A stretch of 64,000 nucleotides of DNA, taken from a virus. Its lineage: Duplodnaviria; Heunggongvirae; Uroviricota; Caudoviricetes. Location of the stretch: the IMG/VR virus record IMGVR_UViG_3300008120_000059, positions 1 through 64,000 of that record. One strand, 5' to 3'. Position 1 is the first letter of the stretch; each line of letters starts with the position of its first letter. The position numbers and the translations under genes were made by a program. This document shows positions 7,814 through 17,490 of this stretch, piece by piece. The notes beneath the pieces are model-generated. The model was not told the origin of the DNA, did not search any database, and worked only from the letters and a program-made list of their open reading frames with translations.

Positions 7814-8178
7814 AACGTAATATGTTTTTTTATTATATCCATTATTTCTCTTGTGAGACTACCAGCGGTTTTTGTTCCATCAATATTCCAACGAATAATC
7901 AATTCTTCTATAGAACCATATAGAATGTTCTCTGTGTTCTTAATCCTCGCGTGTGGAACATCTTCCCCGTTTACACATTCTTCACCTTCCTTTTCCACAA
8001 ATACAGGAATGATATCAAAATCAACCATAGTATATTCCTTTAGTATATGACCATGATTCTTTACATCACCAGGGTGTAATGGGATTATTCCAATTTGGGT
8101 TGAATCGGTGGATGAGTTTATTTCATCATACCATCTTACCATCCAATTATTATTTTCTTTATACAGTATTCCTTTCAT
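7810..8178 (-). CDS. hypothetical protein (122 aa)
   Basis: 4 nt start/stop overlap with neighbours. Confidence 0.5.
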   Translation of the reverse strand: MKGILYKENNNWMVRWYDEINSSTDSTQIGIIPLHPGDVKNHGHILKEYTMVDFDIIPVFVEKEGEECVNGEDVPHARIKNTENILYGSIEELIIRWNIDGTKTAGSLTREIMDIIKKHITL

Positions 8179-8429
8179 TTCTTTACATGTATATCTTTAA
8201 ATGAATCTATACTAACAAATTCTTCATTAAGGTAATTTATTACATCCCTCATTGTTTGTGCTTCATTTTCTGAACCTCTTATACTTAGAGATAGTGCTCC
8301 TGATAGTATACTGGTAATTTGATTTAAAGTTATTTGAGGTTGGTCTGTAGGAGTTGAGAGATTATATATACATCTTCCATCTTTTATGGTTGTATCTATT
8401 ATTACTCTATATGTAATTTCGTTATTCAT
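8175..8429 (-). CDS. hypothetical protein (84 aa)
   Basis: Operon-like overlap with neighbours. Confidence 0.5.
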   Translation of the reverse strand: MNNEITYRVIIDTTIKDGRCIYNLSTPTDQPQITLNQITSILSGALSLSIRGSENEAQTMRDVINYLNEEFVSIDSFKDIHVKK

Positions 8430-8459
8430 ATTATTAGTTGGAACCCCAGTTATTGTTTT

Positions 8460-8813
8460 TTAGTTATTTTCATTAATTTCCCCCAGCGATTCGTTAATCA
8501 CTAAAAGTGTACCCAAAAACAAACGAATATAATCGTACATGTTTTCTATGTTACCTTCCACGTATTCATATGTATCCAATATCCTTTTAGCAAAATTAAC
8601 ATAGTCTTCCCTGTTTCCGTTTCTTTTAAAAGTCTCACCTTCCTCAATTACACGGGTTCCGTTATTATGACATATTTCCACGTGGGTATCAAATCGAAAA
8701 TCAGGGGACTCTTCAAAGAATCTTAATATAATAGTCATATCACCACGGCGAAGAATTTCACGGTGATTTTTATAGGTTATTCCCCTTAACAATGTAAAGT
8801 TAATTGTATCCAT
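8460..8813 (-). CDS. hypothetical protein (117 aa)
   Basis: ORF in array. Confidence 0.5.
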   Translation of the reverse strand: MDTINFTLLRGITYKNHREILRRGDMTIILRFFEESPDFRFDTHVEICHNNGTRVIEEGETFKRNGNREDYVNFAKRILDTYEYVEGNIENMYDYIRLFLGTLLVINESLGEINENN

Positions 8814-9295
8814 TAATGATGATGCAATAATTCTTGGTAAACCTTTCCGTTTAATATATCTTTCTTCAACGCTTTATTCTCAGAATCACATATGATGAAT
8901 CCCATATCCGTTCTGAATATTCTTAAGTACTTTAGATACCAACCATCGCGATAGGTTTCCAATGAGAAATACCTCCATTCACCCTCACCACCAGATTCTT
9001 CGTAGTATCTTTCCAGTAATGTGGTTAGTTCATCCTTGGTCCAAAAGAAATGTGGGTATTTGTTTATGGTAGAAATATCAGGATGTCCTTCATCATTCCA
9101 ATGATATCCCACATGGAAATCCCTTGTATCCACATTAAACTTATTGTTCTTTGGACAATCCCAATCAATGTCTTTGAAGAATACCCATTTATCTTGTGGT
9201 TCCATATTATTTATTTTTTCCATTAAAATGAACCTCGGGCACCGGAACCGGGAATTTTTTCCACTATAACGACGTTTTTTGAAAATATTTTCCAC
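8813..9295 (-). CDS. hypothetical protein (160 aa)
   Basis: ORF in array; 1 nt overlap with neighbours. Confidence 0.5.
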   Translation of the reverse strand: MENIFKKRRYSGKNSRFRCPRFILMEKINNMEPQDKWVFFKDIDWDCPKNNKFNVDTRDFHVGYHWNDEGHPDISTINKYPHFFWTKDELTTLLERYYEESGGEGEWRYFSLETYRDGWYLKYLRIFRTDMGFIICDSENKALKKDILNGKVYQELLHHH

Positions 9296-9486
9296 TATCG
9301 GTGGTCTTCTATTTGTTTGATGATTGAAAAGTTTATGGGGAAATAGTTCTCATCACCATCCTCGGTCTGTAAAAAATAATGGTTTCTACCTACCTCGAAT
9401 TTAACCACATCGTATATTGTGTACTCAGCCCAATACTGTGTGGTTGCCGATTGTAATAAAACTTTTATGTTATAGTGTTTAAGCAT
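9295..9486 (-). CDS. hypothetical protein (63 aa)
   Basis: ORF in array. Confidence 0.45.
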   Translation of the reverse strand: MLKHYNIKVLLQSATTQYWAEYTIYDVVKFEVGRNHYFLQTEDGDENYFPINFSIIKQIEDHR

Positions 9487-9487
9487 A

Positions 9488-9703
9488 TTATGATTCGTTT
9501 GTATTTTTTTCCCTTACTTCTATGTACCTGTGTAAAATGATAAGACCGAGTAAACTGATAACGAAAGAAATGGTTGGAATATTTGAAATGATAAGTAAAC
9601 CAAGACATATCCCATAAAGAAAATCATTCCATCTTCTACGCAATAGGGATACTAAGATATAGAATCCGTACATTATTGATATTAAGATGGTGATGATAGC
9701 CAT
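9488..9703 (-). CDS. small membrane protein (71 aa, 2 predicted TM helices)
   Basis: Two long hydrophobic stretches. Confidence 0.45.
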   Translation of the reverse strand: MAIITILISIMYGFYILVSLLRRRWNDFLYGICLGLLIISNIPTISFVISLLGLIILHRYIEVREKNTNES

Positions 9704-9904
9704 GTCCTTTTGTTTTTAACAAAAATAACCAATTAATTTGAATATTCCAAAAAATCTTAATTATTTTCTCGTAAGGTATTGTTTAATTGTTCTAAAGAGT
9801 TGTTCAATTGAATCAAACTGTAATTGTAATTCTCCATGACTCTGGCTAAACTTTCTATGGTCATTCTTAAACTTACCAACGGGTCGGCATATCCCCTTAA
9901 TAAT

Positions 9905-10126
9905 TTAAAATCCTCCATCTTCGTTCTCCATATGTTTGAGATAGTCCTCGATAAAATTATCTACAATTCCCGACGACCTTTTGGTTTCAGGTACTGGTTG
10001 GTTGTTCAATCTTGATTCGTAGTAACGAATGATTTCTGATACACTTACACCAGACCTTACACAACCATCCAACAGATTTGTGAATCGGTTTTTGGTGTCA
10101 TTTAATGCTTGTTCTTTTTGTGTCAT
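9905..10126 (-). CDS. hypothetical protein (73 aa)
   Basis: ORF. Confidence 0.4.
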   Translation of the reverse strand: MTQKEQALNDTKNRFTNLLDGCVRSGVSVSEIIRYYESRLNNQPVPETKRSSGIVDNFIEDYLKHMENEDGGF

Positions 10127-10316
10127 GTTCTATTACTTTTGGTTCCTGTATTCCTTTTTCTTTTAAATGTTGGATTGCCATTTCCACCGTTTCGTGTTTT
10201 CTGTAAGGAGGATTTGGTAATAACCCACAACCTTCCTTATATACAAAAACATTTTTCTGACAACCGAATGTAATAATCTTTTCCATATTGATTTTTATCC
10301 ATTGGTTACACCACAC
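10098..10316 (-). CDS. hypothetical protein (72 aa)
   Basis: ORF overlapping neighbours. Confidence 0.4.
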   Translation of the reverse strand: MWCNQWIKINMEKIITFGCQKNVFVYKEGCGLLPNPPYRKHETVEMAIQHLKEKGIQEPKVIEHDTKRTSIK

Positions 10317-10516
10317 TTGTGTTTGTGTTCAACATACCACATTATTCTAAAAGTACCCAAAACAAAAAAGTATGTATCAAATTCATTTATCTCATCGGTT
10401 GATTTACAAATCCCCGTGTGATATGCCGGTATTTTGGTCTCGATACTTTTAGCCGACTTAGGAAAAGTATTAAACGCAATACTATATCTCTTTGTTAGTT
10501 TGAATGATTTATACAT
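10295..10516 (-). CDS. hypothetical protein (73 aa)
   Basis: ORF. Confidence 0.4.
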   Translation of the reverse strand: MYKSFKLTKRYSIAFNTFPKSAKSIETKIPAYHTGICKSTDEINEFDTYFFVLGTFRIMWYVEHKHKCGVTNG

Positions 10517-10517
10517 A

Positions 10518-10697
10518 TTATTCTAATTTACTGTTAAACAATTCTATGGCCTTCTCTTTATCTTTTTCTTGAAAGATGTTATCAATAATAAACTTGGCTT
10601 CTTCCATTGTGCACTTATCTTCAATGACATCAATGTATGTTTCTACATCAACACCCAATTCCCCCGCCATAAGTTCATCCATCAAATCATGAAACAT
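10518..10697 (-). CDS. small acidic protein (59 aa; below ORF-track cutoff)
   Basis: Read from reverse strand: MFHDLMDELMAGELGVDVETYIDVIEDKCTMEEAKFIIDNIFQEKDKEKAIELFNSKLE; tightly packed between neighbours. Confidence 0.4.
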   Translation of the reverse strand: MFHDLMDELMAGELGVDVETYIDVIEDKCTMEEAKFIIDNIFQEKDKEKAIELFNSKLE

Positions 10698-10698
10698 A

Positions 10699-10887
10699 TT
10701 ACTCTGATTTAGTTTCTATACCGTTTTTCCAATCTTTCCAATTATCAAAATCTTTCAGTTTTTCATAATGGTCATCTTCCATTTTTCTTGCTTCGTTTAG
10801 TATATCGTCATAAATTCCACTATACCTCGTATCCAATTGAAGTTTGGTGATTAACCAATTTACCGGTGTTAGTTTTTCGTTACTCAT
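10699..10887 (-). CDS. hypothetical protein (62 aa)
   Basis: ORF. Confidence 0.4.
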   Translation of the reverse strand: MSNEKLTPVNWLITKLQLDTRYSGIYDDILNEARKMEDDHYEKLKDFDNWKDWKNGIETKSE

Positions 10888-11722
10888 TTGTATTTTTTAA
10901 TCTTTTTATTATATCGGTCATTCTTGTAAACATTTCCATACCCACAGGGATGGATAAGAGGGAAACCAAAAATTGATTTATATAAGAATACATTGCAATG
11001 GCTTCACCTTGTGTTAGTTTCACATTTTCGTGAGTGAAAATGATTAATGATAAAACCAAGAAGATGGTCTTTACCATATTGAGTGAAGTCCAATTCTTTC
11101 CTTGTAGGGTGGATGCTGAAATCCAAATCCTTCTTCTCCTTTTAAAGAATGAATCAATCAAACCTCTATCGTTTGTGTTGAGCACATCCATTTTCTTTTC
11201 GTGTTGGTTGTGACTAATTTTTGTGGACTGAGCAATCTTACCGTAGAACTTCCATACAATAAAACAAATGAACGGAGCACATAACAATACAATAAAACCA
11301 GTAACCACGTGGGACATGAATATAAAAAACAATGTTCCAATTATGGAAAGTATTGACATTATATAATAGTGTATGTGGTGTTCCAAGAAATCCACAATAC
11401 TATGTGCTAAATCCGTTCTACCCAACCTCGTTGAGACATCCGAATCCTCTGAACTATCCAAATAGTTAAACACAATATCATTGTAGATAGATGTGTAAAT
11501 CTTGGTGTCAAATACCATACGTTTATAAATGAAAAAATTGGAGAGAGATTCTATTAAAAGAAAAACCCCAATCCAATAATACTCCTTATTCAATAAACCA
11601 TCTATTGATTTACCCAACACATAGGGTTCAACCAAGAAAATGATTTGTGCAATAAAGATGTAGAAGTATATTAATAATAATGACCTCTTATATTTTTCAA
11701 TAATTTTATAAACGTACCGCAA
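10880..11722 (-). CDS. polytopic membrane protein, ABC-exporter transmembrane-domain-like (280 aa, no ATPase domain)
   Basis: About 5-6 hydrophobic helices; N-terminal region resembles type I ABC exporter TMDs; no Walker motifs present or adjacent. Confidence 0.45.
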   Translation of the reverse strand: MRYVYKIIEKYKRSLLLIYFYIFIAQIIFLVEPYVLGKSIDGLLNKEYYWIGVFLLIESLSNFFIYKRMVFDTKIYTSIYNDIVFNYLDSSEDSDVSTRLGRTDLAHSIVDFLEHHIHYYIMSILSIIGTLFFIFMSHVVTGFIVLLCAPFICFIVWKFYGKIAQSTKISHNQHEKKMDVLNTNDRGLIDSFFKRRRRIWISASTLQGKNWTSLNMVKTIFLVLSLIIFTHENVKLTQGEAIAMYSYINQFLVSLLSIPVGMEMFTRMTDIIKRLKNTNE

Positions 11723-11852
11723 AGTGAAATGAGATTTATTTTATTCTTTATCAAAATAAGTTGTGAATAGTGATAACAACGCAATACAAACGCATAAACC
11801 GATTACGATTATTCCAACTACTTGTGCTACTGGATGTAAATTTTCCATAATA

Positions 11853-12548
11853 TTAACAATTAACTCTTACTTTGTAGGTTTTTTCGACATCGTTAGTCAT
11901 ATTACCCATAATCAAAATATACATTTTTTCATTTGGAATACCAAATAACGATTTAATATCACTATCGGTTGGATAAACTTCCAATTCATCCACACCAATA
12001 AACTTGACATTATCGATGAGTTCTCTCATCTCATATAATGACAAATGAACACCGTGAACAACAATGAAGTGTTTATTGGGATAAGTGTACTCACCATTTT
12101 CTTCTTCACCACATTCTACCTTACCTTCCCCATCACAGTCATCACATTCGGTTTCGTGTCCACAACAATTACACTCAACAGTCCCGTGTCCATCACATTG
12201 ATAACATTCCTTATATTTTTTGTCAAACTCAGGAATCATCTTGATGTCTTCATAAACTTTTTCAAGGTCAGATACTTTAATTCTCCCGAATGGTTTTGAA
12301 TCACCTTCATAAAATTTACGAAACTCAAACATGACAGGTTGGGCGTTGACACCATTACCTTTGCTGTGGTCATGTATGTTTTCATTATTAATGTAGTCGA
12401 CATCATGAAACCACAACGCTTTGTATGAGTTGGTTGAAACTACCCACCCATTTTCATAACAAACAGGTTTCATGATTGGGTCTCTCCAATCATCTTTTGA
12501 CGACCAAGATTCTACGAACCTTACGTAATTTGGATTTTCTTTTATCAT
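11853..12548 (-). CDS. protein with DnaJ-type CxxCxGxG zinc-finger repeats (231 aa)
   Basis: CDGHGTVEC / CCGHETEC / CDGEGKVEC repeats. Confidence 0.5.
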   Translation of the reverse strand: MIKENPNYVRFVESWSSKDDWRDPIMKPVCYENGWVVSTNSYKALWFHDVDYINNENIHDHSKGNGVNAQPVMFEFRKFYEGDSKPFGRIKVSDLEKVYEDIKMIPEFDKKYKECYQCDGHGTVECNCCGHETECDDCDGEGKVECGEEENGEYTYPNKHFIVVHGVHLSLYEMRELIDNVKFIGVDELEVYPTDSDIKSLFGIPNEKMYILIMGNMTNDVEKTYKVRVNC

Positions 12549-12549
12549 A

Positions 12550-13197
12550 TTAATCTAATGAATTTGGTAAATAAAGTAGTGTGGGGTTTTTCTTTTGAAT
12601 ATCTAATTCAGGGTATCTCTCCTTAAACTTCATCACATCAAATTTTTTGGTAATTAAGTGGTGTCCGTTCTTTGTTGGGATTACAGCCTCAACCTTTGGT
12701 CCCACCTTGTAACCAATTGGAACACCGGCTTCATCAAATTCAACTTCAGTAAATGGTTTACATTCATATTCAATAAATGCAACCATCATTGGACTCATCT
12801 CTTTTACATCATCAACATCCACTATCCAACGTTTCTCCTGTGTCTTTAACTGACCAACAACGCTATCAAATAATCCTTTCTGATTATGTTGTCCATTCTG
12901 AATACGTTGAGCGAGGTCAACCATCATATTCAATGAAACATCAAAGTGATTTTGTTTTTGAACGTGGATGTATGCCCTCGCCTTAAACATCTCACACAGT
13001 TGTTTAATCTCATCGTACCTACGTTCAAGATGTTCGATACTTTCAATACAGTAAGTCTTAATTGTTCTCACCGATTGGTGATTATCTCTCTCCCCTTCGG
13101 GTTGGTCTTTCTTTCGTTTGAAAATGTAGAGCATATAGAAGTCACCCTCGTTTTCGAAGTTGAGTAATGACTTAACTAATTCTATATTATCTATCAT
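12550..13197 (-). CDS. hypothetical protein (215 aa)
   Basis: ORF abutting neighbours; no confident domain. Confidence 0.55.
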   Translation of the reverse strand: MIDNIELVKSLLNFENEGDFYMLYIFKRKKDQPEGERDNHQSVRTIKTYCIESIEHLERRYDEIKQLCEMFKARAYIHVQKQNHFDVSLNMMVDLAQRIQNGQHNQKGLFDSVVGQLKTQEKRWIVDVDDVKEMSPMMVAFIEYECKPFTEVEFDEAGVPIGYKVGPKVEAVIPTKNGHHLITKKFDVMKFKERYPELDIQKKNPTLLYLPNSLD

Positions 13198-13466
13198 TAC
13201 AGAGACTGTACTTTTTTCATAATCTCTGTAACTTGTTCAGGTTCTAAATAACCAAGGACATCGCTGGTTATTGGTGTTTCGTAGGTGAGGTCACCATTTT
13301 TATCTAAGACCGCAAGTTCATACAAACCATCCTTACCACCGTAGGAGTATGTGTGAGAAACGACAGATACCCCGTATCCATTATCAAATTGTGTACGTAC
13401 CTTTTTACCAACCATAAATGGGGATTCATCGATTTGTTCGAATTCTAAATCGTTAAATGTTTTCAT
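13197..13466 (-). CDS. hypothetical protein (89 aa)
   Basis: ORF. Confidence 0.5.
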   Translation of the reverse strand: MKTFNDLEFEQIDESPFMVGKKVRTQFDNGYGVSVVSHTYSYGGKDGLYELAVLDKNGDLTYETPITSDVLGYLEPEQVTEIMKKVQSL

Positions 13467-13481
13467 ATAATTAAATTAGTT

Positions 13482-13760
13482 TTATTCTGCAAGAATTGCT
13501 TCGTCAAACATACTACCATCCTCTCTTTGTTTTGTAACAATTTGAGCGTTTACTCTTACACCTGAAGAGTAAAATTCCGACATCCATTTAGATTTTGGAA
13601 TTGATTCCTCATTAACAGGTATTTCTGTATATTCATCGTCGAACATTAAGATGTATCTAAAGAACCATCGGTCTTTAAATTTGTAAATTGTACCAGTGCA
13701 CATAGTTTCTTTCTCTAAGTTGTTTGATTTGTATATTCTCATAGTTTGGTTTTCCTTCAC
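13482..13760 (-). CDS. hypothetical protein (92 aa)
   Basis: ORF. Confidence 0.5.
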   Translation of the reverse strand: MKENQTMRIYKSNNLEKETMCTGTIYKFKDRWFFRYILMFDDEYTEIPVNEESIPKSKWMSEFYSSGVRVNAQIVTKQREDGSMFDEAILAE

Positions 13761-13835
13761 CTATTAAGTATTATCAAAGTCACAATAATTACGATAATAC
13801 CAATTAATGACCAAAAAGCCATTTTTTCACTAAAT

Positions 13836-14102
13836 TCAATTTGTTCCTTCCTCTTTCCTTGGTTGTCCATTGTATGTAGTTTTAGGTGTTTCAATCTCCC
13901 AATACCCCACGATGAAGTATTGATTACGACCAACAGGAGAAACTTCATACTTTTTTCCACGAGCAATGGATGCATTAGTCACAACACAGTCCATTTGTTT
14001 GTATAAAACCCGTTGACCTATATAAAATGTGTTCATAGATACATAAAGATTAAAAATCCAAATCCTATACCTGCTAAGAAGTACACCAAGTTGTTCAACC
14101 AA
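13836..14102 (-). CDS. hypothetical protein (88 aa), possibly continuing by frameshift into the hydrophobic tail of ORF 13757..13975
   Basis: Two overlapping frames both look coding; the downstream frame ends in a TM helix. Confidence 0.4.
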   Translation of the reverse strand: MVEQLGVLLSRYRIWIFNLYVSMNTFYIGQRVLYKQMDCVVTNASIARGKKYEVSPVGRNQYFIVGYWEIETPKTTYNGQPRKEEGTN

Positions 14103-14214
14103 AAGGGATATCTTTCCATAATCACATTTTTCTTCAAATATAAAAATTTTTTTGTGAAATCCAAAAAAATCACAAAAAAAAACACCCTAATTTATCCAAC
14201 TTTCAGGTGTTATG

Positions 14215-14400
14215 GTTGTCCCCGTTGCCGGGTTAGGAATAGACTTACAGGGGCACGTTGTTCTTTATCACCCTTTTGGTATTCCCCGCGGATAGTCAGT
14301 CCGAATAAGACGTTGTCTTATTATCAGTCCTCTACGGTTATCACACCGTTTCTCATCATGTGAGGCACACTATCCGATGATTAATCGGAACGTTTCTTTA
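14215..14400. ncRNA. candidate structured RNA in GC-rich intergenic island (orientation unknown)
   Basis: Local GC well above flanking AT-rich DNA; no ORF; hairpins AATAAGAC-gtt-GTCTTATT (14303-14321) and CCGAT-gatta-ATCGG (14383-14397); SacII palindrome; no canonical tRNA T-loop. Confidence 0.25.
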
Positions 14401-14714
14401 GATATTCTTTTCTTGTTCTATATTCCCCTACTTTGTAACCAGCGAGAAACCAAAGAGAGAATCCTATGTATACTAAAATAACTGTCATAATTAATTTTGA
14501 TACAAATATAATGTATATTTTTTAATATGCAAAAATATTTTAATTTTTTTTGAAGTGTCTTTTACTACCTTCACAAATATTGTCTTTGGAAACGTCCCAT
14601 ATGTTTTTTTGAACCATATGACAAGCGTGTGATTTACCCATTCGTTTAGAAAAATGGATGATGGTGTCATTATTATTATTTCTGACAACCCATGGACATT
14701 CCTTACAAGGTGAA

Positions 14715-15299
14715 CTAGTTTTCTTCAAATTTAAAAATGTCTACCTGAGAGGATTTACCCCAGTTGTCCAAAAAATCAGAGGGTTCCATGGATTCACCCT
14801 TAAAAAATATTCTATCGATGTAATCCCAGTCCCCATCAGGAAAGTCGACAGAACCGTGACAGTAGGTAAAATCTTCAATGGTTGGAACCGTTTCAGATTC
14901 AATTTCATATTCCCAAATACCACCTTTGTTTTCGTCAACACTCACATAGATATTTTCACCCTTTTCCATTGGGAATGCTCGGTGTGAAATATAATCATCC
15001 CAATCCTCATTCACTGAAGAGATTGTTTGAATATCTTCAATACCAAAAGATAGTACGTTGTTACCATTTTCATCTTCAAGTTCAAAGGTCATTGTTTGGT
15101 TATCCAATGCTTTGTTTACGTGAAAGATGTCACCATCGTAAATGTCAATATCTAAACTTTCCAAGTCAAATCTAGTTTCCCAAAGTTCATCGTACTCTTT
15201 TTCTTCTTTTAAGAGTTCAATTTGTTCAACCTGTTCGTCAGTGAGTTTTTTACCGATAAACTCGGCGCTCCATCCATAAGTTTTTAGCGTATACTTCAT
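14715..15299 (-). CDS. hypothetical acidic protein (194 aa)
   Basis: ORF; D/E-rich. Confidence 0.5.
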   Translation of the reverse strand: MKYTLKTYGWSAEFIGKKLTDEQVEQIELLKEEKEYDELWETRFDLESLDIDIYDGDIFHVNKALDNQTMTFELEDENGNNVLSFGIEDIQTISSVNEDWDDYISHRAFPMEKGENIYVSVDENKGGIWEYEIESETVPTIEDFTYCHGSVDFPDGDWDYIDRIFFKGESMEPSDFLDNWGKSSQVDIFKFEEN

Positions 15300-15301
15300 G
15301 T

Positions 15302-15598
15302 TTATCTTATTAATTTTACTGTTGGTATTAAAAAATCATCATAATGTTTATGAGATAAAATATCCCATGAACTTGGATGTCTTTCCTTGAATATTTCTTG
15401 TCTTTCCAAAAGTGACAGTGGTAAGGTACAATCCTCACCGAACATATACCAAAGTTCATAATCATTGATTATCCTTTGTGCAAATTCAGTAAGACTCTTG
15501 ATTTTTACTTCTCTCAGGTATTCCCTATTTATACCTAAGTTATCATACCACTTGATATATTCTTGGTATGCTTCTTTGACTTTTTTGTGTACCACCAT
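15302..15598 (-). CDS. hypothetical protein (98 aa)
   Basis: ORF. Confidence 0.5.
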   Translation of the reverse strand: MVVHKKVKEAYQEYIKWYDNLGINREYLREVKIKSLTEFAQRIINDYELWYMFGEDCTLPLSLLERQEIFKERHPSSWDILSHKHYDDFLIPTVKLIR

Positions 15599-15610
15599 AC
15601 AAAGATAATA

Positions 15611-15919
15611 TTAAAATTGTTGTGTTCTACCGATAAATCTTTTCGCCATCTCAACCCTAACTTCACCATTCTCCCTGTCAAATATTGGAGGTTCTACAAA
15701 TTCACCCGACCTACTTTTTAAACGGTAGTATAGATTAGTTTCTTCATATTCATAGAACTGATTTTTGTTTAGGTATTTTTTTAAATCTAATATCTCCTTA
15801 TCACTACAACCTTTTGAAATCAACACCATCAACATTCTATCACAGAATGCAATAGATACTAAATTCCACTTGTAGTGTGGTTGTAAATACTCGTATACCT
15901 CAATGTTGGTGTGAAGCAT
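15611..15919 (-). CDS. hypothetical protein (102 aa)
   Basis: ORF. Confidence 0.5.
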   Translation of the reverse strand: MLHTNIEVYEYLQPHYKWNLVSIAFCDRMLMVLISKGCSDKEILDLKKYLNKNQFYEYEETNLYYRLKSRSGEFVEPPIFDRENGEVRVEMAKRFIGRTQQF

Positions 15920-16045
15920 AGTGATTTATTTTTTTCGGATGTTTTCATTGATTGCATACAAAAGTATGCAAATGATAAATAATAAAAGTACAATCATGAG
16001 TCAATATTAAGAAGAATATTTTAAATTTCAAAATTTTTTTTGAAA

Positions 16046-16783
16046 TCACCAATAACCAATATCTTTTTTGAAATATTCTTCGTTTTCCCTATTCAAAAAG
16101 GACTTAATGATTAGTTTAATCATTCCCAAATACCCCATTTTCTTGAATCTACGGTCATCTTGACCAACGTAATGTTCGGATATTTTAAACTTTTTTGAAT
16201 TGTATTTCCTACTTAAACCATAGTCTTCACTGTGTTGGTATTCCTCATTAAATTTACCTAATTCTCTAAATTTATCAGTTTTTGTCAAGAAAAAGGTACC
16301 AACAGCGAATGGACTGAATTTACTAATAATATTATTAACGGAATTAAAACAAACGAATACCAATTTGGACTTCCAATTTTTAGATGTTGATTTTATTTTA
16401 CATGTCATCAAATCCAAATCTTCCAAAATCATTTCCTCAATACAGTCGTGAATTGTAATTGAATTGAAGAATTGGATGTCAGCATCCACAAATAAAACAT
16501 ATTCAGTATTAACCAAATCACTCCCTAAATTTCTTGCTTCACCAACTTTACCACCGTCAATCATTTCTATCTTAAGTCTATCAGAGTACATCATAGACAT
16601 ATTATTGATAATCGCCCTTGTTCGGTCTGTTGAATGGTTATCAGCAATGATTACTCTTGTACCATCAATTAAAACTTGTTTGTGTATTGAGTCGAGAGTC
16701 TTCTTAATATACTTGTCTTCATTGTAACATGGAATTACAATGGTTAGTTTGTTTTTTATTTTTGTTGGTTTATAAAGTGGCAT
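16046..16783 (-). CDS. glycosyltransferase family 2 (GT-A fold)
   Basis: IVIPCYNEDKYI...HKQ start, ADNHSTD and FVDADI (DxD-like) motifs typical of GT2. Confidence 0.7.
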   Translation of the reverse strand: MPLYKPTKIKNKLTIVIPCYNEDKYIKKTLDSIHKQVLIDGTRVIIADNHSTDRTRAIINNMSMMYSDRLKIEMIDGGKVGEARNLGSDLVNTEYVLFVDADIQFFNSITIHDCIEEMILEDLDLMTCKIKSTSKNWKSKLVFVCFNSVNNIISKFSPFAVGTFFLTKTDKFRELGKFNEEYQHSEDYGLSRKYNSKKFKISEHYVGQDDRRFKKMGYLGMIKLIIKSFLNRENEEYFKKDIGYW

Positions 16784-17465
16784 ATCTCTGAAGTTTAAAA
16801 TCCCCGTTATGATGTATTATGTAAGTATTGTTTTCTATCCAATCCCCACAATTTAAATACCTCACACCCTCAATAATTTTATCTTCAGGATTGTGTATGT
16901 GACCACATATCACAGTGTCACACTCTCTTTTTTTTGCCTGTCTAACCAGTTCTACCTCAAAACTCGTAATAAATTTAACAGCCTCTTTAACACTGTCCTT
17001 TAAAAATTTAGAAAGGGACCTCTTATGTCCAAATTTTTTTAGAGTCCTATCTATAGAAATCGCAATATCGTAACCAATGGAACCTAAAATACCTAACCAT
17101 TTTAACTTAACCACACCATCATAAAGGTCTCCATGGGTAATAAATACATTACCATATTTGTATTCATTACAAATTTCAATGTTACCAAAAGATAAGTCCG
17201 TATATTGTCTTAAAAATTCATCATGATTACCAGTAACATAAATTACTTGAGTACCTCTTTTGGAATGTGATAATATTTTTCTTATCACATTGGTGTCGTT
17301 TTGTTTCCATCTGAACTTCCTCTGTAACATCCAACCATCTATGATATCACCAACTAAAAACAAATAAGTTGGTTCATATTTTTTTAGGACTTCAAGCACC
17401 ATTTCAGAATTACTACCCTTAGTACCAAGGTGAACATCTGAAATAAAAAGTGCATCTATTTTCAT
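16770..17465 (-). CDS. LpxH-family metallophosphoesterase (UDP-2,3-diacylglucosamine hydrolase-like)
   Basis: ISDVHLG, GDIIDGW, GNHDEF, GHIHNPE, CGDW motifs align with LpxH signature blocks; overlaps GT2 gene. Confidence 0.65.
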   Translation of the reverse strand: MKIDALFISDVHLGTKGSNSEMVLEVLKKYEPTYLFLVGDIIDGWMLQRKFRWKQNDTNVIRKILSHSKRGTQVIYVTGNHDEFLRQYTDLSFGNIEICNEYKYGNVFITHGDLYDGVVKLKWLGILGSIGYDIAISIDRTLKKFGHKRSLSKFLKDSVKEAVKFITSFEVELVRQAKKRECDTVICGHIHNPEDKIIEGVRYLNCGDWIENNTYIIHHNGDFKLQRYATL

Positions 17466-17490
17466 ATCTATAATTATCTCAATTAAATGA

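Noticed and set aside
16770-17465. Calling the LpxH-like protein a generic Ser/Thr protein phosphatase
   Set aside because: The motif spacing (DxH-GDxxDxW-GNHD-GHxH-xGDW) and length match the LpxH/UDP-sugar pyrophosphatase subgroup better than PPP-family phosphatases. Kept as LpxH-like with moderate confidence.
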